Assembly (NCBI GenBank): GCA_963422375.2
Contig: OY729428.2
Coordinates: 1,056,001-1,120,000, forward strand
Direction of reading: 5' to 3'
Source of the DNA: Bryobacterales bacterium
GTDB lineage: Bacteria > Acidobacteriota > Terriglobia > Bryobacterales > UBA6623
DNA length: 64,000 nucleotides
The stretch's first letter is position 1. The number at the start of each line of letters is the position of its first letter. The notes under the pieces were generated by a model that did no database searches, had not been told where the DNA came from, and worked only from the letters and a program-made list of their open reading frames with translations. Positions 19,602 to 29,944 of the stretch are shown here, one piece after another. Position numbers and translations under genes: made by a program.

Positions 19602-20564
19602 CTACGGGCTCTCCAGCCGAACGAGCTTCGGCACCTCGCGCTCGAAAAACTCCTCCTGCTCCATCGCGAACGCCGCGAATTCGTCCTTGTCGAGAAACCG
19701 CGCCTCCATGCCGCGCTCCCGGCAGAGCCTAGCCCATTCGTCGGTACCGAACGCCGCTTCGAAGGCATCCGCGAGCAACGCGACGCGCTCCTCCGGCATT
19801 CCCGCCGGGCCGAAGAATCCGCTCCAGGCCGGCGCTCCGATCGCGAATCCGAGCTCGCGGGCCGTTGGAACGTCGCCCAGCACCCGGGACCGCGAGTCAT
19901 CGAAGACTGCCAGGGCCCGCAGCTTCCCGGACTGCACGTGCGAAACCACCTCCCCGACGCCCGCCACGGCCGCGTCGGCGTGGCCCCCGATCACGGAAAC
20001 CAGCGCCGGGGTGGAGCCGCCGTACGGCAGGTGGGTGAACCGAGCCCCCGTTCCCTGCTCCATCAGCAGGATGTTGAAATGCCAGATCGAGCCGATGCCG
20101 GAATTCGCCATCACGATGCGGCCCGCCTCCATGCGAGCGGCGCCGATGAAGTCCTCGAACGAATGCCAAGGCGACTCGGCGCGGACGACCAGCGCCGGCG
20201 CGGTCTTCGACACCAAGCAAATCAGCGAGACGTCCGAGGGGCCGATGTCGGCATAGCCCAGCGAACGAACGATGGCGATCTCAACTGGGGCGTGCCCGAT
20301 GGTGTAGCCGTCCGGGGGCCTGCGCGCCACGTACGAGAAGGCAAGGGCACCGCTGGCCCCGGGCTTGTTCTCGCAGACGACCGGCACGCCCAGACGACCT
20401 TCGGCCAAGCTACCCATGACCCGCGACACCGTATCCGACGTGCCGCCGGGAGCCGCCTGGACGATCAGCTTGATTTCCTTGGCAGGATACGGCCGGTTGG
20501 CGGCGCCGCACGCCAAGAGCCCGATGCATCCGACTAGCGCGAAGATACGCGGGCGGAAGTCCAC
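19602..20564 (-). CDS. tctC: Tripartite tricarboxylate transporter substrate-binding lipoprotein
   Basis: YPAKEIKLIV, PGGTSD, ENKPGASG, PPDGYT and HLPYGG; lipobox LLAC. GTG 20564 lies downstream of a perfect TATAAT. Confidence 0.9.
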   Translation of the reverse strand: MDFRPRIFALVGCIGLLACGAANRPYPAKEIKLIVQAAPGGTSDTVSRVMGSLAEGRLGVPVVCENKPGASGALAFSYVARRPPDGYTIGHAPVEIAIVRSLGYADIGPSDVSLICLVSKTAPALVVRAESPWHSFEDFIGAARMEAGRIVMANSGIGSIWHFNILLMEQGTGARFTHLPYGGSTPALVSVIGGHADAAVAGVGEVVSHVQSGKLRALAVFDDSRSRVLGDVPTARELGFAIGAPAWSGFFGPAGMPEERVALLADAFEAAFGTDEWARLCRERGMEARFLDKDEFAAFAMEQEEFFEREVPKLVRLESP

Positions 20565-20966
20565 GGGCGACGGACGATTATACCCGAGCCGGCCGTTCCC
20601 GGCGCATCGGATGCAGGGGAGCGCACCTCCAATGGCATCCATGTCAGATCCCTGTCTGTAGGGGCCGCGCGTCCGCGGGCCAAGGCACCCTGACCCGAGT
20701 CTCGAGCGCGGATCGCCCGACCGCAAGGCGGTACCGCTGTCGAGACGCTGATTCTGCATGGTGACGCCCTGCGCTGCCAGACAGCTCGGGAATCTTGCAG
20801 GCCCGACGATCCTGGAGGGAGGGGGGGCTCGCACTCTCCCGGATGGTGCCGTCTCGGGGGGCGAGGGGGAGGGATCGCTGCCGGTGGAGCGACGACCCGC
20901 CAGGGAAGCGGGCGGCCTTCGGCAGGCTTGCGAGGCCGGACGCGAGGGTAGGCGCTAGACTGGCTT

Positions 20967-21653
20967 GTGGAACCGTCGAATGCGAAGATCCGTGCCGTGC
21001 TGTTCGATTTCGACGGCACGCTGGTGGACAGCGAGTACCTGCACCACGAGGCCTGGCTCGAGGCGGTCGAGCCTTGGGGCGTCTCGGTGAGCTGGCGCCA
21101 GTACGTTCGGGATCTGGTGGGTATCAGCGACCGGAGGGCATGCGAGTTCTTCCTGGGCCGGGCCGGCATCCCGGTCACGCCGGAATGCGTGGAAGCGGGG
21201 AGAGCTCGGAAACACGCGGCCTACCGCCGTCGGTCCGTCAGGGAACTCTCGATCCACCCGCAGGCGAAGAACTGGATCCGTGCCAACCGCGACAGCGTCC
21301 CCATGGGCGTCGTCTCCTCCAGCGAGATCCCCGACGTGGTCCCGATCCTCGAGCGGCAGGGCGTAGCGGAATGCCTGGAGTTTGTCATCTGCGGCGACGA
21401 TGTCGAGCGCCTCAAGCCCGATCCCATGCCGTACTTGCTGGCGCTCGACAAGCTTCGGGCGGCATTCGGCATCGACAGCGGCAAGAGTTGCTTGGCGTTC
21501 GAGGACTCGGCCACCGGGACCCGCTCCGCGAAGGCCGCAGGGCTAACGGTGCATCGAGTCGAGTCGCCTGACCTGCTGCCCCGCAGCTTGGCCGCATGGT
21601 TCGGGAGGATCGCTGGAGCGGTCGCCGCAACCGGTCCGAGTCTCGCCGGATGA
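20967..21653 (+). CDS. HAD family phosphatase (beta-PGM/CbbY-like)
   Basis: FDFDGTLVDS, KPDP and FEDS motifs. Confidence 0.9.
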   Translation: MEPSNAKIRAVLFDFDGTLVDSEYLHHEAWLEAVEPWGVSVSWRQYVRDLVGISDRRACEFFLGRAGIPVTPECVEAGRARKHAAYRRRSVRELSIHPQAKNWIRANRDSVPMGVVSSSEIPDVVPILERQGVAECLEFVICGDDVERLKPDPMPYLLALDKLRAAFGIDSGKSCLAFEDSATGTRSAKAAGLTVHRVESPDLLPRSLAAWFGRIAGAVAATGPSLAG

Positions 21654-22201
21654 CCGGAGTCGCCGGCCACGGAGGCACCTCGGCCTCCGTGTCTGGGTCG
21701 GCGTCGACCGACAGAGGGGAAGCCGGTCGCAACGGGCCGCCTGCGGCCCTGCCTGGCGCCGGCGGAGGTCGCCCTTGCGCATCCGATGCCGGAACAGTCG
21801 CGTCGCACACCCACCGGGTCTCGAAGTAGGCGGCGACCTCGGGTAGGCATGGGTAGTTGGCTGGAAGCAGGAATGCGGCGGGTCACACCGAAGATCCCTG
21901 CATTTAGATGCGTCATGCGGCGCTTGCAGCGCCGCTGACCTTGGTGCCGGGCCAAGCGGGCCGACGGTTGAAGGGGGGCATTCGCCCGTGCCCTCGATAC
22001 ACCCGAGGTCCGTCGAACGCCTCAGTCTTCCCGTCGGCAGTCCCATCATGAATCCGATGAGCAAACGCGGTTGCAAACGCCCCTTTAGGACCGGCTTGCC
22101 CGCCAGCGGCGGGCCCACCAGGAGCACCGGCCTGACGCACCTGGCCGCTGCCAACTTACGGAACGCGGTCCAGTCGTACGACCGGGCTGCCGCGGCCGGA
22201 G

Positions 22202-24478
22202 CTAGTCGGCGGCGATAGCCCCGGCGGAAGACACCTTCTCCTGCGCATCGTGGACTGCGATCGCCGACATCGTGATCACGTCTTCGACGTCGAATCCCTT
22301 CTGCAGCACTGCCACCGGCTTGTCCATGCCCATGAGGATCGGTCCCAGCGATCGCGCGCCGGCGAACTGCTTGAGAAGCTTGTACGCGATATTTGCCGAC
22401 GCTAGGTTCGGAAACACCAATACGTTCGCCTCGCCCCGCAGCTTCGAGAACGGGAAGAATTCCTCCACCATGCCCGGATCGAGAGCCGTATCCGCCTGCA
22501 TCTCGCCATCCACTACCAGTTCCGGATCCAGCTCCGCGCAGATTTCCGCGGCCCGGCGCACCTTCTCCGAGTCCGGGAAGCGGGCGGAGCCGAAGTTCGA
22601 GAACGAGAGCAACGCCACCCGCGGCAGGATGCCGAGGCGGCGCGCGCGCCGCGCCGTCAGCAGGGCGATCTCGGCCAGATCCTCGGGGCTGGGGTCGATG
22701 TTGACCGTGGTGTCCGCGAGCAGGTAGATCTTGCGCTGGCGGATCATCATGAACAGGCCCGACACCCTTCGCACGCCGCTGCGCCGGTCGATGATTCGCA
22801 GCGCCACCCTCAGTGTTTCCGGATAGTGGCGGGTGATTCCCGCCACCATGCCGTCGACGTCGCCGAGCCGGACCATCATCGCTCCGAACGCCACGGGATC
22901 GCGTAGCATCTCGCGCGCGCCCTGAAGCGTGCAGCCCTTGCGCTGGCGCAGGTGGAACAGCGCGCGCACGTACTCATTGATTCCGGGGAATTCGGCCGGA
23001 TCGACAATGTCCCATCCCGTCGAAGGGAGCCTCAAATCTTCCGCTCGAGCCCGGATCCTGTCCTCGTCGCCGAGCAGCAAGGGCCTGGCGATGCGCTCCT
23101 CGCGGAGCATGAAGGCGGCGCGGAGGATCTTCTCGTGGTCTCCTTCCGGAAACACGATCCGGCGGGGATCTTCCTTGGCGCGGCGAATGATCAGCTGAAA
23201 CACCTCCTGGCTGCTGTCCAAGCGGACCGCCAGGCTCTGGCGGTAGTCGTCCAGGAGAATCCGCCTGCCCGCCGCGCCGCTCCGGATCGCCGCCTCGGCC
23301 ACCTTGTGGGAGACCTCCAGCGTGACCCTTGGGTCGAACGGCTTGGGGATGATGTAGCGCGGCCCGAACTCGAGTTCCTCGGACGTGTAGATGCGACGGA
23401 CCGAATCCGGCACCGGATCCTTCGCGAGCGCGGCCAAGGCGCGCACCGCGGCCAGCTTCATCTCGGTGTTGATGCAGGTCGCCTCGACGTCCAGCGCGCC
23501 CCGGAACAGAGACGGGAAGCAGAGGACGTTGTTGACCTGGTTGGGATGGTCGGACCGGCCCGTGGCGATGATCGCGTCCGAGCGCGTGGCGATGGCCCGC
23601 GAGTACTCAATCTCGGGATCGGGATTGGCAAGGGCGAAGACAATGGGCCGGTCCGCCATCGAGGAAAGCATCGCGGGCTTCAGAACGTTGGCCTGAGAGA
23701 GGCCGACGAACACGTCGGCCCCCCGGACAGCTTCGGGCAGCGTGCGCAGCTTGGTGTCCCGCGCGAGCCGCTCCTTGTAGGGATTCATCCCGAAGCCGCG
23801 TCCCCTGAAGATCACCCCCCTGGAATCAAGCACGACAAGGTTGTCCGGATCCACGCCCAGGCGCAAGTACAGGTGGGCGCACGCCACGCCGCTCGCACCC
23901 GCTCCGTTCACGACGACCCGCACCGAGCCGAGATCCTTCCCCGCGATTTCGAGCGAGTTCAGAAGCGCCGCGCCGCTGATGATGGCCGTGCCGTGCTGGT
24001 CGTCATGGAACACGGGAATGCTCACCCGCTTGCTGAGCTCCTCTTCCACGTAGAAGCACTCCGGGGCCTTGATGTCCTCGAGGTTGACTCCCCCGAACGT
24101 GGGCTCCAGGAGCTCCACGACGCGCACGATCTCTTCCGGATCCGCCGTCGCGACCTCGAGGTCGAAGACGTCAATGTCGGCGAAACGCTTGAAGAGGACC
24201 GCCTTGCCCTCCATGACGGGCTTCCCGGCCAAGGGCCCGATGTCCCCCAGCCCTAGGACTGCGGAACCGTTCGACACAACGGCGACGAGATTCGCGCGCG
24301 TGGTGTATCGACCGGCCAGCCTGGGATCCCGGAGAATCTCCAAGCAGGCCTCCGCCACGCCGGGGGAGTACGCTAGGCTCAGATCGAGCTGCGTGTCCGA
24401 GGGCTTGGTCGGCGTGATCGAGATCTTGCCGGGGCGCGGGTAGCGGTGGTAGTCGAGGGCCGATTCCTTGCGAACCAC
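22202..24478 (-). CDS. maeB: NADP-dependent malic enzyme with phosphotransacetylase-like domain
   Basis: [43 protein letters not shown] and C-terminal PTA domain (DGEMQAD, GPILMG). Confidence 0.96.
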   Translation of the reverse strand: MVRKESALDYHRYPRPGKISITPTKPSDTQLDLSLAYSPGVAEACLEILRDPRLAGRYTTRANLVAVVSNGSAVLGLGDIGPLAGKPVMEGKAVLFKRFADIDVFDLEVATADPEEIVRVVELLEPTFGGVNLEDIKAPECFYVEEELSKRVSIPVFHDDQHGTAIISGAALLNSLEIAGKDLGSVRVVVNGAGASGVACAHLYLRLGVDPDNLVVLDSRGVIFRGRGFGMNPYKERLARDTKLRTLPEAVRGADVFVGLSQANVLKPAMLSSMADRPIVFALANPDPEIEYSRAIATRSDAIIATGRSDHPNQVNNVLCFPSLFRGALDVEATCINTEMKLAAVRALAALAKDPVPDSVRRIYTSEELEFGPRYIIPKPFDPRVTLEVSHKVAEAAIRSGAAGRRILLDDYRQSLAVRLDSSQEVFQLIIRRAKEDPRRIVFPEGDHEKILRAAFMLREERIARPLLLGDEDRIRARAEDLRLPSTGWDIVDPAEFPGINEYVRALFHLRQRKGCTLQGAREMLRDPVAFGAMMVRLGDVDGMVAGITRHYPETLRVALRIIDRRSGVRRVSGLFMMIRQRKIYLLADTTVNIDPSPEDLAEIALLTARRARRLGILPRVALLSFSNFGSARFPDSEKVRRAAEICAELDPELVVDGEMQADTALDPGMVEEFFPFSKLRGEANVLVFPNLASANIAYKLLKQFAGARSLGPILMGMDKPVAVLQKGFDVEDVITMSAIAVHDAQEKVSSAGAIAAD

Positions 24479-24664
24479 CGTGCTGCCTCGTCGCCGGCGC
24501 AGGCCGAGGACGCCCCTGCCTACTCTCGCCTAGAGGCTACCACGGGCGCGGTCGAGCCGCCCGGACGGCGGCGGGGTGAGTCCTCGCGCCCCCGGACGGC
24601 GGACAGGGTATTCTATGCATCGGCCCCGGGGCGGAGCGCCGGGGACTGGTGCCGAAGATTCAAG

Positions 24665-25096
24665 GTGGGAAGACTGGGCGAGCGGAGACGGTCGCACCTG
24701 CTGGTCGCGGCAGGGGCGCTGGCGCTTGCGGGCGCGGCGGCCGCGCAGGTTCCCAAGTTCAAGCCGGTCGCTTCAATCACCCGGCTGATGCAGGTGCTGG
24801 TGATTCCCTCGTCCAGCGCCCTGTTCGACGTGGCCCGGAATCCACCGACCGACGAGCGGGGATGGGACGAGGTCGCACGGCAAGCAGTGCTCCTGGGAGA
24901 GTCCGGCAACCTGCTGCTGATCGGGAACCGGGCCGAAGACTCGGACGTGTGGGCGGCGACCTCGCTGCGACTCGCCGAGGCCGGCGCAAGGGCGCTCAAC
25001 GCGGCGCAGGAGAGGGACGTCGACGCGATCACCGATGTCGGCAACCAAATCATCGAGGCGTGCGAGTCCTGCCACGAGAAGCATTGGATCCGCTAG
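24665..25096 (+). CDS. Exported monoheme c-type cytochrome (class II, c'-like)
   Basis: Signal peptide (ALALAGAAAA-Q), helical body and C-terminal CESCH. Start uncertain. Confidence 0.75.
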   Translation: MGRLGERRRSHLLVAAGALALAGAAAAQVPKFKPVASITRLMQVLVIPSSSALFDVARNPPTDERGWDEVARQAVLLGESGNLLLIGNRAEDSDVWAATSLRLAEAGARALNAAQERDVDAITDVGNQIIEACESCHEKHWIR

Positions 25097-25154
25097 CGGC
25101 GAGCTCGACCTGCATCAGGCGGCGCGAGTCAGCGACAATCAGGTACGCTGACCC

Positions 25155-25680
25155 ATGTACCGGCCGTGTTCCGCTTAGGCTGTGGCAAACTACTTCTTAG
25201 ATCTAGCGACCTAGAGCCGACAAGCGCCCAGCCCGATGAAGATTATCAAGCTAGTCTTCGTCGCCAATGGCCGGCATCTAGCACTAAGGGGAAAACCGCT
25301 GCTCCAAGAATCCGTTGAAGCATGGACCTATGGTCCCGTGATTGCCGATCTGTATCACGACTTCACGAGATTCGGTAACAGTCCGATTCGAGGTCATGCG
25401 CTTGATATCGACATCTTGAAGGGCCCTGATGGGCGATCAAAGTTTTGCAATGTGAGGCCCAATATTGAAGATTTCACAGATCAGACCCAAGAGACTTCGG
25501 ACCTGCTTGATCGGATCCGAGAAATAATCAGTTCGTTCTCAGGCATCCAGTTGCCTAATATGACTCGCCGATGAGGGACTCCTTGACATTTGAACCGAGA
25601 ACTTAACTCGAACAAGACCAGCGTCAGTATCCCGGATCAAGAAATCCAAGACTGCTACACTAAGCTTGCGAAAAAGATGA
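25155..25680 (+). pseudogene. Panacea/DUF4065 (SocA-like) antitoxin pseudogene
   Basis: One frame reads SA*AVANYFLDLAT*...PMKIIKLVFVANG...VEAWTYGPVIADLY...NMTRR*GTP*...IPDQEIQDCY, with four in-frame stops. AT-rich. Confidence 0.85.
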
Positions 25681-26047
25681 AGAAGAACAATAGGGATTAC
25701 CATACATCCATCGCGCACGGGCCGAAGGAAGCGGACCACACTGACGAGAATTCTCGCTCAGAATGGGGTGCCTTTGACGACTATCTTGCACGGAAACTGG
25801 TCATCTTGGGTGCGAAATAAGACCTAGGAGCAAGAGAACTATACGGCAAGAGAATCTCTTAGATGCTTTCTGTGTGGCTGTCTGTAATTGTTCTTATTGT
25901 GATGGATAAGTGACTTGAATTACCATCGTAGGTCAGATACTATTAAATTCGATCTGTCCGATTCTGTGTTGATCGAAACTCAAGACAATAACCACGGAAA
26001 GTGTCGTGAAGATCTTAGTGATCATAGTTCTCTATTCATTTCCATAA
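25676..26047 (+). pseudogene. Decayed two-TM partner gene (putative toxin) downstream of Panacea
   Basis: Fragments K*DLGARELYGKRIS*MLSVWLSVIVLIVM, FDLSDSVLI and KTITTESVVKILVIIVLYSFP*, separated by stops and frameshifts. Confidence 0.55.
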
Positions 26048-26603
26048 GGGCCCTATGTAACTCAGAGATCCGATTCCTCAAGTTCGTAATGGACTGGTTT
26101 TTCTCATGTATTCTGGACCGAAATAGTGAGAATATGGTCGGGACTTGACCCTATTTGGGCTTCGCCAAGTCCGCAAGTATAGGATCCAAGAAAACGGCTG
26201 ATGGCGTGCGGAGATCCTAGATCTGTGCGACGATGCGAGCCGCTTGCCTACGCTGTCGGAAGTGTCAGACGCGGCCGTCACTGAGACTTGCAGTGCCAGA
26301 GGCAAGCTCCAGCCCTTGGTCCGCCGAGATGAGTGCCGCCGAGCGATCTCAGCGACCGTCCCCGTTTGGCGCTCGAGACATGCCCGCTCCGCAGCCGAAG
26401 CCTGATTCCCGATACGCACGGCCGCGCGTCCCGAGCGCCGCCGGTATCGCCCCGCCATGGGGCTGACCCGAGCCTAATCGGCCAGGCCGCCAGGCGCACG
26501 AGACCAGCTCGGGGCCTTCCGCGGATCCATTGCCGAGGGGCGGATGCCAGGGGATTCGCGGATTCCGCTGGCACCGGAATCCGCGGACTGGTAGGCTTTC
26601 GTT

Positions 26604-28571
26604 GTGACTGGTCGCCTCATCGTGTGCCTGGCCGTATGTTCCGGCGGACTCGCGCAAGTTCCGGCCGAGGACAGGCGCAACACGGAAATCCGGCATACGG
26701 ACGCGCACTACTCCATGGCCGGGTACACCAAGGTCGAGTGGGAGAGACGCGCAGAATTTCTGCGCAAGCAGATACTCTTCTCCTCGGGCCTGCTGCCTCT
26801 GCCACGCAAGGAGCCGCTGAACGCCTCTGTCGGCGAGCGGATCGAGCACGAGGACTTCACCATCGACAGCGTCCTCTTGGAGACGTACCCTGGCTACTTC
26901 CTCGGAGGCAACCTGTACCGGCCCGCGGGCGGCAACGGGCCCTACCCGGCCATTCTGTCTCCGCACGGACACTGGCGGTACGGTCGCTTTGAGAACTCGG
27001 AGATCAATTCCGTTCCCGGCCGGGCGATCAGCCTCGCCCGGCAGGGCTACGTCGTCTTCGCCTACGACATGGTGGGCTGGAACGACACCATGCAGGTTCC
27101 CCACGGGTTCGCGGGCCCGCGGGAGGAGCTGTGGCTCGTCGGGACTCTCGGCCTGCAGCTTTGGAACAGCATCCGCGTCGTCGACTACCTCGCGTCACTG
27201 CCCGAGGTCGATGGCGACCGGATCGCCGTCACGGGCGCTTCGGGCGGCGGGACGCAGGCCTTCCTGCTTGCAGCCGTCGACGACCGCATCGGGTTTTCCG
27301 CACCCGTCAATATGGTGTCCTTCCGGATGCAAGGAGGCTCGCGCTGCGAGAACGCCCCCCTCCTGCGCATCGACACCAACAACGTCGAGTTTTCGGCGGC
27401 ATTCGCACCGAAGCCGCAGCTGCTGGTGGCCGCGACAGGAGATTGGACCGTAGGCGTGCCGGATGACGAGTTTCCCGCAGTGCGGGGAGTCTATCGCCTG
27501 CTTGATGCCGAATCCAATGTGGAGTGGCGGCAATTCGACTCCCCGCACAACTACCACAAGGACAGTAGGGAGGCGGTCTACGCTTTCTTCGGCAAGCGCA
27601 TCCTCGGGGACGGAGACGCTTCCCGCTTCACGGAACGAAGCTTCCGGACCGACCAGCTGAGCCTGTTGCTCTACCTGTGGGGCCGCCCGTTGCCCGACCG
27701 GGCGGTCGGGTTCGAGGAGTTTGTCCGCCAGCGGGTCGCCGCGGCCGAAGCGGACACGCTGGCTCTGGCCGTAAGCGACGCACTATCCCTAGGAGAGGCC
27801 CAAGCCGCATTCAGTCAGCGACTGGGACTTTCGATTCTGGCGGAAGTTCCTCGGCCGGGAACTGCCTCAGGGCGGGCGCCGAGAGAGGGGGAGCTAGTGC
27901 TAGGGCGCCAAGGAGCGGGCGACCGCATACCGGCAATCCTCGCGAGAGCCGACTCGCGCGCGGGCAAGCCGACTCTCGTGGTGCATCCGGACGGCAAGGA
28001 GGCCGCCGCGAAGACCGAACTAGGCAGAGCCGTCGTGAATCGCGACGCGCCGGTGCTGATGATCGATGCGTTCCAGACGGGCGCTGCCATTGCCGAGCGG
28101 GACATCGCCGGGGTAGGGAGGATGGGCCAGCGCTACTTCCACGTGTTCAACCGCAGCGACGATGCGAATCGCGTCCAAGACATCCTCACCGCAGCCGCGT
28201 TCCTACGAGAGCACGCCGGAACCGAGGACATCCGTGTAATCGGATTCGGCCGGGCAGGCCTCTGGGTGTTGCTGGCCGCCGCGCTGGACAGGCGCTTCGG
28301 CGCTGTCGTCGCGGACCTTGACGGCTTCGACGCCGCCAACGACGCCGAGTACGTACGAGGACTGTTCATACCGGGTCTGCGACGGGCGGGCGACTTCCGC
28401 GCCGTGGCCGTTCTCGCGCCCGGAGGGAGGCTCTTGCTCCACAACGCCCACCAAGCGTTTCCGACGGGGTGGTTCCAGGCGGCATTCGACGCCGCCGGGC
28501 GGCCCGGCGACCTGAGCATCGAGACTGGCACCGCGGAGACCGAGGCGCTGGTCGCTTGGCTCTACCGCTAG
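26604..28571 (+). CDS. Exported alpha/beta hydrolase (acetylxylan-esterase-like, two domains)
   Basis: Signal peptide, PAILSPHGH, nucleophile elbow GASGGGTQ, CENAP and HNY. Confidence 0.87.
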   Translation: MTGRLIVCLAVCSGGLAQVPAEDRRNTEIRHTDAHYSMAGYTKVEWERRAEFLRKQILFSSGLLPLPRKEPLNASVGERIEHEDFTIDSVLLETYPGYFLGGNLYRPAGGNGPYPAILSPHGHWRYGRFENSEINSVPGRAISLARQGYVVFAYDMVGWNDTMQVPHGFAGPREELWLVGTLGLQLWNSIRVVDYLASLPEVDGDRIAVTGASGGGTQAFLLAAVDDRIGFSAPVNMVSFRMQGGSRCENAPLLRIDTNNVEFSAAFAPKPQLLVAATGDWTVGVPDDEFPAVRGVYRLLDAESNVEWRQFDSPHNYHKDSREAVYAFFGKRILGDGDASRFTERSFRTDQLSLLLYLWGRPLPDRAVGFEEFVRQRVAAAEADTLALAVSDALSLGEAQAAFSQRLGLSILAEVPRPGTASGRAPREGELVLGRQGAGDRIPAILARADSRAGKPTLVVHPDGKEAAAKTELGRAVVNRDAPVLMIDAFQTGAAIAERDIAGVGRMGQRYFHVFNRSDDANRVQDILTAAAFLREHAGTEDIRVIGFGRAGLWVLLAAALDRRFGAVVADLDGFDAANDAEYVRGLFIPGLRRAGDFRAVAVLAPGGRLLLHNAHQAFPTGWFQAAFDAAGRPGDLSIETGTAETEALVAWLYR

Positions 28572-28664
28572 GCCCCCGCGGGCCCATCCGAATTGCGATC
28601 ATGGCGCTAGACTCAGACGCGGTGCCGCCAGTTCGCGGGGTCCGCCGACTCGACGCGTGACACG

Positions 28665-29141
28665 ATGCTCGAAACCGGCCAGACCATCGCGAGTAAGAGG
28701 CAGAAGGGAGTTCCGCTCCTCATCGCAGCTGCGCTGGCACTCGGCATGGGAAGCATCGCGTACGTTGAATGGAAAAGGGACTCCGCAAGGCCTCCGGAAC
28801 AGTTGATTCTCACGGAGGCCGCACGCGCCTACCTGCCCATGCTGGACCTGGGCGACGTCGAGATGTCCGCGACGGACAACACCCTCGGGCAGACCCTTGT
28901 CGAGATCACCGGCAAGCTGAGCAATCTGGGCGATCATCCGGTTCGCAGAATCCGCCTCAATTGCGTATTTTTCGACGTCTACGGAGTCGAGCTGCACCGG
29001 GTGCTTGCCGTTATCGTTCATCCAAGGCAGGGACTCGCTCCTGCGGATGTTCAGGAGTTTCGATTGGCATTCGATGACATTCCACGAGGCTGGAATCAGG
29101 TCATGCCCAGCCTGTATATCGCCGAGATCGTATTCGATTAG
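28665..29141 (+). CDS. Single-TM hypothetical protein with Ig-like (FxLYD/DUF3426-like) domain
   Basis: N-terminal TM segment; ITGKLSNLG, CVFFDVYG and FRLAFDDIPRGWNQ. Confidence 0.65.
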   Translation: MLETGQTIASKRQKGVPLLIAAALALGMGSIAYVEWKRDSARPPEQLILTEAARAYLPMLDLGDVEMSATDNTLGQTLVEITGKLSNLGDHPVRRIRLNCVFFDVYGVELHRVLAVIVHPRQGLAPADVQEFRLAFDDIPRGWNQVMPSLYIAEIVFD

Positions 29142-29259
29142 ACAAGATTTCCAAGCAAGGCTCCGACTGCACTTGAGCCTTACATGAAAGAGCATCGCTA
29201 CCAAGATAATAGTTCTACGCGCAACCGATCCCTCAATTGAACTGGAGCCCGAAAAACTC

Positions 29260-29501
29260 TCCTTCTCCTTGACAAGCAAGTCTCGCTTGATGTCAACCGC
29301 GCGCAACATGAATAGTAGATCATGCGCTGGGACGAATCACCGGTAGTCAATCGGAGGCATTGAATTCCTCGTATCCCGACAAGTCCCGATTGTGCCCCAA
29401 AGACTAGCCACGATCACCGGGCGGTCAACGGTTCGCGACAATACGGCTCCATCGGCCATGAGTGATCGTTGCGTGCGAATGTGTTCGGTCGGAAGGATCA
29501 T
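29260..29501 (-). pseudogene. ABC-three-component (Lamassu LmuC-like) middle component, MC6-like, pseudogene
   Basis: Hand translation MILPTEHIRTQRSLMADGAVLSRTVDRPVIVASLWG...PIDYR*FVPAHDLLFMLRAVDI, with TGA (29337-29339) at the conserved Trp position. End approximate. Confidence 0.75.
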
Positions 29502-29506
29502 AGCGG

Positions 29507-29750
29507 TCACCTGCTACCCTCCAGAATGCAGCAACGCTCGAACAGATACGCGAGAACTGAATAAGTGGCATCCTGTCGCTTCGAAACGGACACTCCATTC
29601 CCCGCATCGGTGGCAAACAGGTCCAAGATTATGTCTTCTGGAGACCTGCACGTACCCGATAGAACCCGCTATTGTTGTCGGAATCGTCGTGCAAGCACTC
29701 CACTGAATTCAAGCCCAGCATGCTCAGCTGGAAGCCGAGCCAGACTCATG
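29507..29750 (-). pseudogene. C-terminal fragment of ABC-three-component effector (Lamassu LmuA, CTD10-like)
   Basis: VLARRFRQQ*RVL...SPEDIILDLFATDAG...RQDATYSVLAYLFERCCILE*, ending 5 nt before the MC6-like start. Confidence 0.7.
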
Positions 29751-29944
29751 GCCGGCGAGGCTAGCGATCCAGTCCAGAAACCCCTGTGCGAGCGTTTCTG
29801 CAACCGCCAGGCGAAAGTCGATCAAGTAGGACCATCTCTCGAGTTCGCCAGGCGCTGCGGGGGCACCTCCCAAGCACGTAGCTTTCCATGCCTCGGGTTC
29901 CGGCCCCTGGCGACTGGCGACCCGAGCCGAGGGGTCGATCTGGC

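Noticed and set aside
21668..21691. 9-bp perfect hairpin CACGGAGGC/GCCTCCGTG after the HAD gene
   Set aside because: No U-tract on either side and no second copy noticed, so it cannot be called a terminator or REP.
28599..29309. 236-aa minus-strand ORF as a real gene
   Set aside because: Its first codons are the tail of the MC6-like pseudogene, and the rest is antisense to the better-supported 28665-29141 gene.
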